The position numbers were made by a program, and so were the translations under genes. From the NCBI RefSeq assembly GCF_046119375.1, contig NW_027362767.1, positions 275,962,001 to 276,026,000 of the forward strand: DNA of 64,000 nt, given 5' to 3'. The notes below the pieces were generated by a model. It worked only from the letters and a program-made list of their open reading frames with translations. It ran no database searches and had not been told where the DNA came from. Numbering within the stretch: the stretch's first letter is position 1; each line of letters opens with the position of its first letter. Positions 50,459-63,320 of this stretch are shown here, piece after piece. Origin of the DNA: Phyllobates terribilis (taxonomy: Eukaryota).

Positions 50459-50599
50459 CCACTCAGCTCTTCAAACTGGCGCACAAATACCGGCCCGAGA
50501 CCAAGCTGGAGAAAAAGAAACGGCTGCTGGCCCGTGCTGAGCAGAAAGCAGCCGGCAAAGGAGACGTCCCAACGAAGAGACCCGCTGTGATCAGAGCAG
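50459..50599 (+). CDS. RPL7A: RPL7A exon 4
   Basis: [46 protein letters not shown] (141 nt). Confidence 0.97.
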
Positions 50600-50634
50600 G
50601 TATGTGGGGGACAGGTTGGGTCTCTGGTGGCAGA

Positions 50635-50708
50635 TTGCGATGATGTCAGAATTTCTTCACCTGAAATAGATAGTGTGGAATAAACACGAGCTTTTTAACC
50701 CTGAGCAA
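50635..50708 (+). ncRNA. SNORD36: Box C/D snoRNA U36 (intron 4), both guides intact
   Basis: Stem TTGC/GCAA; C box ATGATGT; GAATTTCTTCAC-CTGA (28S guide) and CGAGCTTTTTAACC-CTGA (18S guide). Confidence 0.93.
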
Positions 50709-50769
50709 TGACCGTGTCCTTTCTGGGGTATCGGGGGAGATGAGCACAGCTGATGACTTTCTCTTTCAG

Positions 50770-50849
50770 GTGTTAACACAGTGACCACCTTGGTGGAGAA
50801 CAAGAAGGCCCAGCTGGTCGTCATCTCTCATGATGTGGATCCCATTGAG
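50770..50849 (+). CDS. RPL7A: RPL7A exon 5
   Basis: [27 protein letters not shown] (80 nt). Confidence 0.97.
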
Positions 50850-51130
50850 GTGCGGTGGCGATACATGTCCCTGTTGGTATACAGACCTCGGGTGTCAGAC
50901 TAGCGGGTGGGATGTATAAGCATTGGGATGATGGAGCTTAGGGGCCGTGAGGGTCTTCTAGTTCTGAGAATGGGTTCTCTGATTGGGGGGGTTGCGTCTC
51001 CAAGCCCACCCTACACAGGACTAGGGTTAGTATGTATGGTGAGTGGTCTTGTCCTGTCTGCGGTGGGGGACTTAGCCTGGATGTATGGGGGTGGGGGGGG
51101 GGGGTCGTCCAGTCTTGTGCAGGGCAGATC

Positions 51131-51202
51131 TGCAATGATGTGTGAATTTCTTCACCTGACTAAATAATGAAGATTCAATTCGAGCTTTTTAACCCTGAGC
51201 GA
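51131..51202 (+). ncRNA. SNORD36: Box C/D snoRNA U36 (intron 5), both guides intact
   Basis: Extended stem ggcagatc(t)gc / gcgatctgcc; same two guides, each followed by CTGA. Confidence 0.93.
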
Positions 51203-51271
51203 TCTGCCTGTGGGTGCTGCAAGCACTGGCGGCTGCTGTTGGCGCTGGCTCATGCTGTGCTTACCTTCTAG

Positions 51272-51403
<132 letters not shown>

Positions 51404-51443
51404 TAAGTCATGACTGTCACCCTGCACTGAACTTGTGACTTCT

Positions 51444-51510
51444 CAGCAATGATGTCCCAGAATTTCTTCACCTGAACTGCACCGTGTGGCTGAGTGTTAA
51501 CCTTGAGCTG
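51444..51510 (+). ncRNA. SNORD36: Box C/D snoRNA U36C-like (intron 6): 28S guide only, variant D box
   Basis: Stem CAGC/GCTG; C box ATGATGT; GAATTTCTTCAC-CTGA intact; the 3' guide has decayed (GAGTGTTAACC) and the D box reads TTGA. Confidence 0.8.
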
Positions 51511-51582
51511 TCTAGAGTCTGGTCTAGCCTGAAAGGTCCTGGCTGGACCGAGAGCTCACTCTTGTCTGTCTGTCTTCTGCAG

Positions 51583-51652
51583 GGAGGATAAAGGAGCCCT
51601 CTCCAAACTGGTGGAAGCCGTGAAGACCAACTACAATGAACGACACGATGAG
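51583..51652 (+). CDS. RPL7A: RPL7A exon 7
   Basis: [23 protein letters not shown] (70 nt). Confidence 0.97.
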
Positions 51653-53359
51653 GTAAGCTGGTGACAGCTGCTGGGGGGAGATGGATAGTAGCTTACTCCA
51701 TCTTCTTTATGAGGCTTTGTTTTAGTGTCACGAGTTTTGGGGCGTATGTATAATCTTTTCAGTGTTCGTGGTATATTCCGGGGTCTTCATGATCGCAGTG
51801 ATATAAGATTATGGTTTAGTTTTACCTTTGCACAATAGAAGTAGAATGTTGTAATATTGAGTTTCTGAGCGGTATGGTGGGCTTGGTTCTTATAGCCCCT
51901 TGTTCTCTGTACCAGTTTTGGTTGTGAATGGTAAGAATTGTCCGCTCACCCTGTGAGGTGAGGATTGCACGGCAGCCTGTATGTGGTCATCACGCCTCAG
52001 CTTCTATAAAAGCTGGCCATTACACAGGAGATGTTCAGGCCACTATGGCCCCTAGTCTTGGCACTGGTGCACAGAAAAGCCTAAGGAGACTACTGTAGTT
52101 GGTGTTACACCTGGGCCGAATATTGGTTCTCTACGCTCTGGTATTACATTTTAGTAACAAGCAAAACTCAAACGTGAGAAAAGAATATGAATCAAGGACA
52201 CAAACTGGTTATTAAGTTTCCCGTATCAGATATCGAGTGCTTAGATGTAGTTATGTCCAAACGGTTCACTTGACCTGGGGTATGGCAAGTCTGCAACAAA
52301 TACGTCCGACAGGATCTAGTACATGCTTTGTCCGTATAAAGATCTAGTCTGTACAGACAGCACCGCAGTATGGGCAGGAAAAGCTGATTGGGAACCAGAC
52401 GGCTCTTGTATGCTTCCTCTCTGGGCAAATGTATAGATGAGAATGAGCAGCAATATTCCCATCCCTGGATGCATGGACGCTGTAGCTGCTGGCGACATCC
52501 AGACCCCTAGGTTTTCTACCTTGCTGCAGTGATGCAGGCTCTGATGCTGCCTGTGGTTTTGGCAGCATGAATAGACTGAAGATTCCCTCTAAACACTAAG
52601 CTTTTCTGTCCACCTGTGCTAGGACTAGGGGCCATGGTGTCCTGAACGGTATTGCATGGTGGAGTCCCATCCTCTGTAATGGCCAGGTTGTATAGAAGTG
52701 ATGAGCACGTACTGGCTGCCACCTCATTTACTGCCAATGATCCAGTATGAGTTGACTTCCATTTTGACTGTGAGGGCGCTTCTGGACCATGGGTGCTAAA
52801 TTTACAGGATGGGTTGTGGCTGTATTTCATGTTAAATCCTCTGACTTTCAGAGGGGTTAAATACACAGATTTAGAAAGGTCGAATCCTGGCCGTTACCGG
52901 AGTGGCTGTAATATACACAGCGGGTGTTGGTGGGGTGGGGTGGATTCGTCCGCCTGCGCCATCACAGCACCCTATATTTATGCTGCATGCAGGGGGGTTA
53001 CAGGCAATCTGACCTGGACAGTCCTAACGTGGCCCAAAATACAACCCTTAGTAGAGATGTAGTCTGGCTCGTTGTGGTGATCTGAACCATTTGGTTTTGC
53101 TCATCGGACTCCTCTTTTGGTTCCCTATTAAATTTATGTTCACCCACAAATAAACACATTTAGGTAAAATTGCTGCCCAAGTGCATTGACACTCAACCCT
53201 GCCCCCAGTGAGAGCCAAGCAGAGACTGCAAGTGGCTCACTGGGGCGGCTGCCATCATTCACATAGAAGTACCACATGGTTTGTGAACGACCCATCACCA
53301 ACCTATAGGGGCACCCTACCAGAATGCGATCAGATCAAGGGTCCTGAATGCTGTGGTGA

Positions 53360-53485
<126 letters not shown>

Positions 53486-53518
53486 ATGTACCAGGCGCTT
53501 CCCATCTGTTCTGTACAT

Positions 53519-53524
53519 AATAAA
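53519..53524 (+). terminator. RPL7A: RPL7A polyadenylation signal AATAAA
   Basis: 33 nt after the stop codon. Confidence 0.85.
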
Positions 53525-53840
53525 GAAAATTATCGAAAATCTACCAAGTGTACATCTTACTGGGAGGCATATAGTCTGTGGCCAGGCCCCTCGGGCTTAT
53601 AGGGAAGGAGTGGGGAAGAGTTATTCTGCCAAGGGCTATTTGGGTATCTATATCATCGTTTGGGGGCCGTACAAAATTATCAACCTGAAAATTACCCCCC
53701 CCCCCCCCAGCCCAACTCTGCAATATGTTTTGTAAAGAACTTGCAGCTGTAAGTCATACCGAACACAGATGTATATTACACTGCAGGACTCACAATGGGA
53801 AATTCATCACTGTTCACACTACATTTATAAAGCTCAAGCA

Positions 53841-53926
53841 GTGGGAGGGCTGCCGCGTGTGTGGGAGGGCTGCCGCGTGTGTGGGAGGGCTGCCGCGTGT
53901 GTGGGAGGGCTGCCGCGTGTGTGGGA
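53841..53926. repeat. 20-bp tandem repeat (~4 copies)
   Basis: gtgggagggctgccgcgtgt. Confidence 0.9.
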
Positions 53927-55945
53927 GTGTAGGTAGGGAGGGGGGCGCTGTGGCTGCCGCATAGGGGGTGCCAGCACATCGTGCTAACTACCCACTGAAT
54001 ACTTTTTTGACTCTGGCACTCGCCAGGATGTAATATTTAGTTGTACTTGCTGTAGCGTTCAGTAGTGTGCTTGTAGTACAAGAAGAAATTCAAGGTTCGG
54101 CTGCCGACCTGAACACTGCGTTATCTGCCCAGAGAAAAGGTAATTGCGGGCTGTAAATGGCCCTTGTGTCTGAGTTTCCCCACCACTGTTATAGGGTATA
54201 TCCACCCTGGGGGCAGTTTTATACTTAAGGTTTTTGTACAGACTTTAGATGTATTATTTCTTACTTGCTGAGATTTCCCCATTGATTCCACAGCTTTACT
54301 GACATTGCTGTCCCCATTGGAGCTCTCATTCTAAATTCCTCATCAGTGTGTCTTTGGCATGTGGGAGGAAACGCTTACACACTCTGAGCGCTATCACCAA
54401 GTTGGGGGCTGCTCTATTTAAGTGTGCATCCCCAAAATAGCCCAAAGGACCTGATTTTCTAGCTAAATTGGACCTTTTTAGGGCTTTTTTTTTTTTTTTT
54501 TTTAGCAGTTTTGTTTATAGATAAAATTTAGAAAAGTCACGATCTGAGGCTGCACGCTGTAAAATAAGATTGGTGGTAAGTGAGAGCACTGGACTTCTCC
54601 GTCCTCTCGGTACATTGATTCACTGGTGTGTTATAATGCCGTTGGCAGCTAGCGAGCCCTTCCTCTGGTTCGTAGCCCTCCTTGTCTGCCGGCAGGGTCT
54701 GGTGTGTACTCTGTCCTCTGTTCCATCGTCTCGTCTGATTTATAGGGAAACACTGGCTTTGATATTACAAATACCCAGGTCCACTCCTGGTACAAGGTGA
54801 CTGAGTAGTCAGCAGGGCACAGCAGGCTTCTTGATGGCTAGCTTTGCATGATTGATGGGTATCTCCCTATACAAGCAGCATACATTAATTATTGGAAGTG
54901 CAGATGAAAGAGCGTAAATCAGTCTGGAAGATGACTTATAATAAAGTATTTTGTAAGTGTATGGTAACAAGAAGCCCATGACATGTCTTGAGAATCTTTC
55001 AGTGTCATGAAGGCTTGTGCTGGTTCCTTCCTTTCACATTCTACCTGATTCATCAGATTCTGGGTAACTGCATCCATCTTACATGGGGCTTCTGGTTGGG
55101 ACGCTGGTGAGGATTAGACTTGGGGACCCCCGCTCATCAGCTGCACTGGGTCGTGTCCTGCTGTGACCCTGGGGGAGGCTGTGCTGTCGGGGGGGTTTCT
55201 GCAGTGTGATCCATGTAATGTACCGGAGACTGATTGGTGTGTGACCTGCTCATACTGAACACTATGAGACCCTGCTGTGATTCTCAAACATGGTGGTGTT
55301 TCTCTGCCCGGTTGTAATGTTTCTGAATCTCATAACACACGGGGGGGCACCGTGCGGACCCTACAGTGCCTCTATATAATACAGTATGTATATTGTGTAC
55401 ACCAGCACCCTGTGTGAGGACACAAGGTCTGTCATTGCTGGGGTCTTGCTATGAGACTAATACTATTCCTGGCACTGCGGTAAAGGGTTACTTTAACCCT
55501 TCACATGTCTACACAGTTCAGATGCATAGGGGGTTAATGTGAGCCTCTAAAACATCAAATTGCTGTTTCTGAATATGTTCAGAACAAACCGCACATTATG
55601 TCCAGTCCAGCAGTCAAAAGCGGTTCTCATCTATGGAGGGATTATGCCATAGCGGTGTGTATTTGGTGAATCCCTTAATATCCATAAGTTTCTTTCCTCT
55701 GTCCCACACTTTATAGACTAACGCCAGTGTGGGAGTAAGAGGATTCCCGCCGGGAGAAATCCTAGACTCCAGAAGACACAGGTGAGGCCCGTTTCATATT
55801 CTGTAAAATAAGAGCACCCGACCTGCCCATGTCATCTCTGCTTCCCCATCCATGGAGGTGTTGTAATTGGGATGCAATAAAGTACAGCCATGGATCAGGA
55901 ATGGCTCGTCCGCCCTCATCCTTATTATTCCAGCATGCTGTTCAG

Positions 55946-56275
55946 CAGGGCTGTGGAGTCGGTAAGTCAAACCTTCGACTCCGACTCCTCAATTTCCATA
56001 TCTGACTCCGACTCCCTCATACACGGCTCATGTTTAAGTGATAAATTTACTGTAGCACAGATTCATCTCGGCTAAAAGTCTAGACCCTTAGATCAGGAAT
56101 AGGACAGACATTTATAGGACACGTCATAACTTTCCCAAATCCTTACGAAAAAATATTCCCCACAAACTGCATTGAAGTACTGTACCCAATTTATTATATA
56201 TTTTCATAGTTGGTCCATTTCATACTGACTCTTGACTCCACCAAAATGGGCACCTACTCTGACTCCACAGCCCTG
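55946..56275. mobile_element. hAT-like MITE
   Basis: TIR CAGGGCTGTGGAGTC / GACTCCACAGCCCTG; flanks CTGTTCAG / CTGTTTAC (6/8 match, decayed 8-bp TSD). Confidence 0.7.
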
Positions 56276-56361
56276 CTGTTTACCCCATATTAGTTCCCTG
56301 CACACGGTTTGTACTTTATGAAATATGGAGGAAGCCATCTGGGAGCGTTATGTAGCACATA

Positions 56362-57930
56362 CAGTGCCTACAAGTAGTATTCAACCCCCTGCAGATTTAG
56401 CTGGTTTGATAAGATGCAAATAAGTTAGAGCCTTCAAACTGCAAACGAGAGTAGGTTTTATGAACAGAAGCATAAATCTTACAAACCAAAATTATGTTGC
56501 TCAGTTGAATTTTATTAAATTTTAAACATAAAAGTGTGGGTCAATTATTATACAACCCCTATGTTTAATATTTGTGGAATAACCCTTGTTTGCAATTCCA
56601 GCTAATAATCGTCTTTTATAAGACCTGATCAGGCCGGCACAGGTCTGTGGAGTTATCTTGGCCCACTCCTCCATGTAGATCTTCTCCAAGTTATCTAGGT
56701 TCTTTGGGTGTCTCATGTGGACTTTATTCTTGAGCTCCTTCCACAAGTTTTCAATTGGGTTAAGGTCAGGAGGCTGACTAGGCCACTCCAACACCATGAC
56801 TTTTTCCCTCTTGAACCAGCCCTTGGTTTTCTTGGCTGTGTGCTTTGGGTCTTGTTGGAAGATGAAATTACGACCCATCTTAAGATCCTTGATGGAGGAG
56901 CGGAGGTTCTTGGCCAAAATCTCCAGGCAGGCCGTGCTATCCATCTTCCCATGGATGCGGACCAGATGGCCAGGCCCCTTGGCTGAGAAACAGCCCCACA
57001 GCATGATGCTGCCACCACCATGCTTGACTGTAGGGATGGCATTCTTGGAGTCGTATGCAGTGCCATCCAGTCTCCAAACGTCACGTGTGTGGTTGGCACC
57101 AAAGATCTCGATCTTGGTCTCATCAGACCATAGAACCTTGAACCAGTCTGTCTCAGAGTCCTCCAAGTGATCATGAGCAAACTGTAGACGAGCCTTGACA
57201 TGATGCTTTGAAAGTAAAGGTACCTTACGGGCTCGTCTGGAACGGAGACCATTGCGGTGGAATACGTTACTTATGGTATTGACTGAAACCAATGTCCCCA
57301 CTGCCAAGAGATCTTCCCGGAGCTCCTTCCTTGTTGTCCTTGGGTTAGCCTTGACTCTTCGGACAAGCCTGGCCTCGGCACGGGAGGACACTTTCAAAGG
57401 CTGTCCAGGCCGTGGAAGGTTAACAGTAGTTCCATAAGCCTTCCACTTACGGATGATGCTCCCAACAGTGGAGACAGGTAGGCCCAACTCCTTGGAAAGG
57501 GTTTTGTACCCCTTGCCAGCCTTGTGACCCTCCACGATCTTGTCTCTGATGGCCTTGGAATGCTCCTTTGTCTTTCCCATGTTGACCATGTCTGAGTGCT
57601 GTTCACAAGTTTGGGGAGGGTCTTAAATAGTCAGAAAAGGCTGGCAAAAGAGATCTTTAATCCACACATGTGAAGCTCATTATTCTTGGTGCCTGAACTA
57701 CTTCTTAATACTTTAGGGGGACCAAACAGAATTCTTGTGGTTTGAGGGGTTGAATAATAAATGACACTCTGAATTAACTTTTAACGTTTTTAAAAAAAAA
57801 CAAAAAAGTTGCTGCAGTGCATTTCCCACTTCCAGGCTGATCTACAGTACAAATGTCACAATGCCAAGTTAATTCCACATGTGTCAACCAGCTAAATCTG
57901 CAGGGGGTTGAATACTACTTGTAGGCACTG
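56362..57930 (-). mobile_element. Tc1 element with long open transposase ORF (56522-57589)
   Basis: TA|CAGTGCCTACAAGTAGTATTCAACCCCCTGCAG ... exact inverse|TA; [25 protein letters not shown]; the C-terminus reads through the usual stop. Confidence 0.95.
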
Positions 57931-57989
57931 TATAACAGTTGTGGCATAAGGATCATCTTGAGAAGATTTCCTCCACCTATAACTGATAG

Positions 57990-59180
57990 CGGGGTTTGGA
58001 TCATGCATTCACCTTAGTTCTACATTTATCCAACAAAGGGTCTACGTTTAATCTTCCATATTCTTTCGGCTTGGTACTGACCGCTATTCCCAAATATTTA
58101 AACTTGTCTACAATTTGTAACTGAGATTGTTCCACTATTGGAGAATGGGGCAGAGGATCTACTGGCATCAGGACAGATTTATTCCAATTAATAGGTAAAC
58201 CTGACAACCTTTCGGCCTGTTATGATTGACATTATTGGCCTAATTGAGGATGTTACGTTATCTATAACAAGCAGCATATCATCTGCATAGAGACTCACTC
58301 GCTCCTCTATTTCTCCACATTTAAACCCAGTAATATCTCTTGACTCTCTTAAGCGACACGCCAAGGGCTCAATGGCCACGGCAAAGAGAAAGGGCCACAA
58401 TGGACATCCCTGGCTAGTGCCCCTCTAATTTAAGTCTCAGAATTGACCATTGACTTGAATTTTAGCAACTAGGGGGTGGTATAACAGCTGGGTTACAGCA
58501 ATGTAGTAAGGACCAACGCCCATCTTTTTCAAAACTGGCCACAGATAACTCCACACTGTCATGCTTTGGCAGCGTCCAAGGACATGACCGCCCTTGTGCC
58601 AGCTCCCTGTGAGCTCATTTGGAGGTTGAGGAATAGTCATCTCAGATTTATAGCGGTAGATGAATCTGGCATAAATCCAGATTGATCCTCATGTCCTACT
58701 TCTCTGATAACTTTAATCAATCTATTGGCTAAAACCTTAGCTAGTAGTTTAATATCCGCTGGGAGTAGAGAGATTGGCCTATACGAGTCAGGTTTTGACA
58801 TAACTTTCCTGGACTTTAGTATTACAACTCTTATGGCTTCATTCATAGAATCTGGTTGGGCGCCCCTTTCTAGTGCCTCCTTAGAGACATGTAAGAGCTT
58901 TGGCAACAGTACCTCTTTATCTAGTTTATCAAATTCTGGGAGACCATTAGCACCAAGTGCTTTCTCATTTTGCAAGGTTTTTAATGGATCATCTAGTTCC
59001 TCCAAGTCCAGGGGCTGATCCAAAGCCTCCCTTGTAGCTCCAGACAGTCTAGGAAGAGCAATTCCATCTAGGTAAGAGGCAACATCTCCCTCCCAAGCAT
59101 TAGTCTTAGATGTGTACACATTCGTATAGTAAGAATGGAGAAGATTAATAACCTCATCACCGCCCACAACCATCCTCCCA
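57990..59180 (-). mobile_element. L1-clade LINE RT fragment
   Basis: YRPISLLPADIKLLAKVLANRL, DQSGFM, LFAVAIEPLA, LYADDMLL. Confidence 0.88.
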
Positions 59181-59754
59181 TCTGTTGTGACCAGTCTATT
59201 TATATAGGCTAATGCCGCCTGTGCTTCGGTGGCGGCACTCTCACCCTCTATAAAGTATCTGCCTGGTTCTTACTGGACCTGAGCCAACTAGACAACGTTG
59301 CAGCACTAAACTTGAGCCAGGTCAATTTCCACAGTGGTAAAAATGTACATAAATCCCATCCACTTTGCTAGAACTATAAGCTGCATTGTTTTCTGTACGA
59401 ATATATGCATCAGAAAAATGCATCATGTACTGATCGTGGGAACTTGGCCTCAGGGTGCATGTGACGGCCAATCCCAGCCTGTTAAGTAGTGCCCATAGAC
59501 TATATGACAGCTTGCTGGTACGGATGGCTACCTCACTCGTTTTGTCCCCACAGGAGCATACGCTGTTTACATGGGCTAATGATCTGCTGATAATGGCATA
59601 AATGATCTAACACCCCATGAATGAGAATTTTGCTTGTTGTTTGGGTGATTGCCGGCATGCTAACATGGGCTGATAATCCCTTTTAATGAATTGAATGACT
59701 CTGTTATTCCTGTAACAAGCACGCATCAAGTACAACACTGATCCTACAATGATG

Positions 59755-60200
59755 TACACTGACGAGCAAAAGGGTAACAATGTTTGGACCTTTTGCCTTT
59801 CAGGCTCCATATCTCACCATCCACTTCTGCTTCTAACATGAGACGACCGGCATTTTATAGACAATCATCTCGGCTATCTCATACATAAATTTGACTTGCA
59901 ACTATTTAACATATGATTAGTTATGCAGATTCTTGTTAGGTCACTGCATTGTTACTGATTTGCTCTGCAAAATCAAAATTTTAATCATTTTGTTAGTATT
60001 TTGTAAATCCACCTTTGGCTTTCAACACTGCCTGAATCCTCCTGGGCACGCTCTCGATCAGATTCAAACATGTCTCCACCGAAATCTGATCCCAGGTCTC
60101 TTCTACACGTTCCCAAAGTTGGTGCAAACTGGTCACCTCACTTAGGTATGTATACAGCTTGTTCTTCACCTCTACCCACAAGTGTTCGATTGGGTTGAGG
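59755..60200 (-). mobile_element. Internally deleted Tc1 (3' end)
   Basis: ETCLNLIESVPRRIQAVLKAKGGFTKY* plus a terminal repeat at 59755. Confidence 0.7.
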
Positions 60201-61110
60201 TCTGTGGGGCAGGACAGTTATGGTATTTAGAGGAGAGCTCTTGCTGCAGCTGATCACTGATCAAAATGCCCCACGCACCGGCCACTAGGTACAACAGTAA
60301 GAACCACCATAAAGGAGCTTGTTCATTTATCAAGAGCAGTCAGAGTCTGTCCTAATACTACACCATCCATGTAAAGAAGGTATTCACCCTCCAGGCACCT
60401 CCTGCAAGGTGACAGACCCGGGTCATCAAGCGGTTTATTGGGATGTATTGGGCAAAGACCCTCTATATCACAGGCTCCAGCCAAAAAAATGGAAGGCAGA
60501 GGGGAAAGACAAAATGAACTATTGTCTGTGTGTGCTGAGGACACAGTGGATGAGGCACCATTCCCCATGAGGGTTACGGTCATGTAGGCGGCTTCATACC
60601 TGCCATGACATTTCTCGGTGAATTGCATGCAGTGTAATAGTGAAGTCTACAGCTAAATCCACGAGGTACTACTTTGAGCTAAGATTGGGGCCTGGATTAC
60701 AAAGCTGGTTCTATAGGAATATTCTTGCAATGTGTGAACCAAACCTTTCAGCAATGACAAAGAAGTAAAGCTAGAGATTCACTGAGGAGCCGCAGTGATG
60801 TCACTGGCACTAGGAGACTCAGGGGTCATTTGCATTTCTAAGGATAGGATCATAGCGGCCTGTGAACCTGCTGGGGCCCCTGAACAATGTGGGCCCCCCA
60901 GGCCAGCTGCCCAAGAAAGTCTTTCATGGGGTTATTGCTGCCCCAGACGTGCACCATGACAGATGCTGTAGGAGACCAATGGCTGTGTTCTTGCTATTGT
61001 ATCCACGTACTGCCTTTTCTGATTGTACTGTGCCTGATACTGTGTACGACTACTCTCACAGAGGAGCCCGAGTGCGGCTGGACTGAGGGCCACATTGTGA
61101 CTTAGTCTTA

Positions 61111-61205
61111 AGGCCCTGTCACACATAACGAGATCGCTAGCGAGATCGCTATTGCGTCACCAAAACCGTGACTCATTAGCGATCTCGCTATGTGTGACGG
61201 GGCCT
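61111..61205. mobile_element. 95-bp Harbinger-like MITE (deletion derivative of the 2995-3620 family)
   Basis: TTA|AGGCCCTGTCACAC ... GTGTGACGGGGCCT|TTA. Confidence 0.85.
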
Positions 61206-62126
61206 TTAGCATGTCACATATTTTCCACTATCTGCAGACATCAGGCTGTGGCCAGGACCCATCAGAGGCAAAGGAGCAGATTTACTAAACCAAAATACTT
61301 GAGAGTATGGTGCACAGGTGGTGCAATACATTTATTAAGAGGGAAGTGATCACGTTGTACGTACAGAAGCTGAGCAGATGGAGAGGCTTCTGGGAGAAGA
61401 AGATTCAGTATAACTTGCAGTTTATTGAGATCACTGGTGTATGGATGAGTCCAGTAGGCAGCCCTGCTAGTCATTGACAGCTATCTCCGCACAGACATAC
61501 AGGAAACACTGTCAATCACAGAGTAGAGCCGCCCACTGGACTCCTGCATACAAACACTAGGGATTTAAATGAATGAACTATAACTTTTACTGAATCATCT
61601 ATCTCCTCCTGCCCCGTAACATCCTCCCTGCAGATCAGACACCATGTTCAACAAGACAGGATCCCGTTAAACACAGGAGTGAGGTGTGAATGGTCGTTCT
61701 CATTTCAACAGACTTTACATGAATCAATATTACAGGTGAACATAAGTATCTTTGTGACTTTATCAGCGAAATCTGCCTCTTCCTCCACTTATGAGCCACT
61801 TCTTCCCACCCCTGCCTCTTAAAATCAGCAGAAATCATACCAGACTGCCAGCAAGCTGCAGTGTGAGGTTACATCTCCTATTAAATCTCTGGAGATGTAG
61901 CACTGGGCACAGTGAGACACGGGTCACGTGTGCAGCCCAGGTCTGCTGTATACTGTCCTGTATATGGCAGCAGCATCTGTCCCGGGGCTAGAGAAGGAGC
62001 AGGACCCCCGTCCTGTGAGGGAGACATTATACAGCCGGCCAGCACCCTGTAATGCAGAGATTAGCAGCGCAACGCTCGGCTCCGGTCACACAACACCCCA
62101 GCTCTCACTGCAACCAGCAAAAAACC

Positions 62127-62132
62127 TTTATT
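62127..62132 (-). terminator. SURF1: Probable SURF1 polyadenylation signal
   Basis: AATAAA on - strand, ~330 nt past the stop codon. Confidence 0.5.
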
Positions 62133-62463
62133 AGCTGGAGGCTTCCTGCACCGACCCCCAGACCCCATCATACAAAAAAATAGTTAAAGTAAATGGCAGA
62201 TTAAAAATAGAATACCCGAGTGTCTGGACTGGCGCGGTGAAACGTGCACCCAGATATCGATGGCAGTGGGTGGAAGATGCCCAGAACGGCCTGACCATCA
62301 CACGCACGGGCAATGCTGCCTTTCCATCCTGGCTCCAGCTCGTATTCCTGAAGGCTCACCATTCAGTGGCCCGCAGCCGGCACTTCCTGAGATAAATCGC
62401 ATCACCTCCTCTACCTCTTGTTAGTGCAGATCTGTCCACCGACTGTGATCCCTGGGGACGTCA

Positions 62464-62527
62464 CTAATGGGCTTTCCGGATGAATTTTTGGAACCACAGA
62501 AGAGAGGTGAAGACAGAGAGAGAAAAC
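62464..62527 (-). CDS. SURF1: SURF1 last exon
   Basis: ttttcag|G completes Trp; FSLSVFTSLLWFQKFIRKAH*; hydrophobic C-terminal TM segment followed by LWFxKF. Confidence 0.85.
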
Positions 62528-63051
62528 CTGAAAATCAGAGACAGCAATACACGACGTCAGGGTAGAAGGATGAGGGTGGAAACAATAAGTAAGTAGACAT
62601 TATGGCATGTGGCGATCATACAGCGAGGCTGAAGGGTGGGGGTCTGTGCAGCCACTGGTATAACGCAGAGGGCGCTGATGTTAGGCGGGTTGTGGGTTAT
62701 ATCCTGGCATGTCCAGAGCGGGCACACGGGCCTGTAGCTGGTTACCCCCACGGCTTCATACACCTCCTGGCTGTGGCATACAGAACATGTCTATAGACTT
62801 TGATTGTCTCTGTGGCATTGAGGTCGGGTGGTATACACCACACTGTACATGGAGGGGAGGATGTTACCTTTACATTTAGCACATCTTTTGGGGGACTTTC
62901 CTGGTGGTCTCACGTGTTAAACCTACTGGAAAATAACGTGCCTGGAGACACACATGGCCCACGGCCTGAAAGTCACGTCCACTAAGTGTCCAGAGGTGGG
63001 CTTGATAAATATGGAGTTCATGCATAGGAAAATGTGCAGATATCCACCTAC

Positions 63052-63133
63052 CAGGTCACACTGTACTGCAGGTGGTCATTTCTTAGCGTCAGACGGGTCT
63101 GTCCACCGATCGGACCCCCAGGGACGGTGCTGT
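63052..63133 (-). CDS. SURF1: SURF1 penultimate exon
   Basis: [27 protein letters not shown], the conserved SURF1/Shy1 motif; 82 nt, AG/GT boundaries. Confidence 0.95.
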
Positions 63134-63320
63134 CTGAGATTTAACAGAGAAGGTCTATTAACCACCATCTGCACATCCACCAGACCATAAACAGATGGAG
63201 ATGGAGCAAAGAAAGGTTGGGACAGGCGCCCTCAGCACCCAGGCTTCTCCTTTTCAGAAAACTGACAGCCGAGCACTGGCTACCAGGGGGAACGTCTGCA
63301 CTCTGAATTTATTGCATTCT

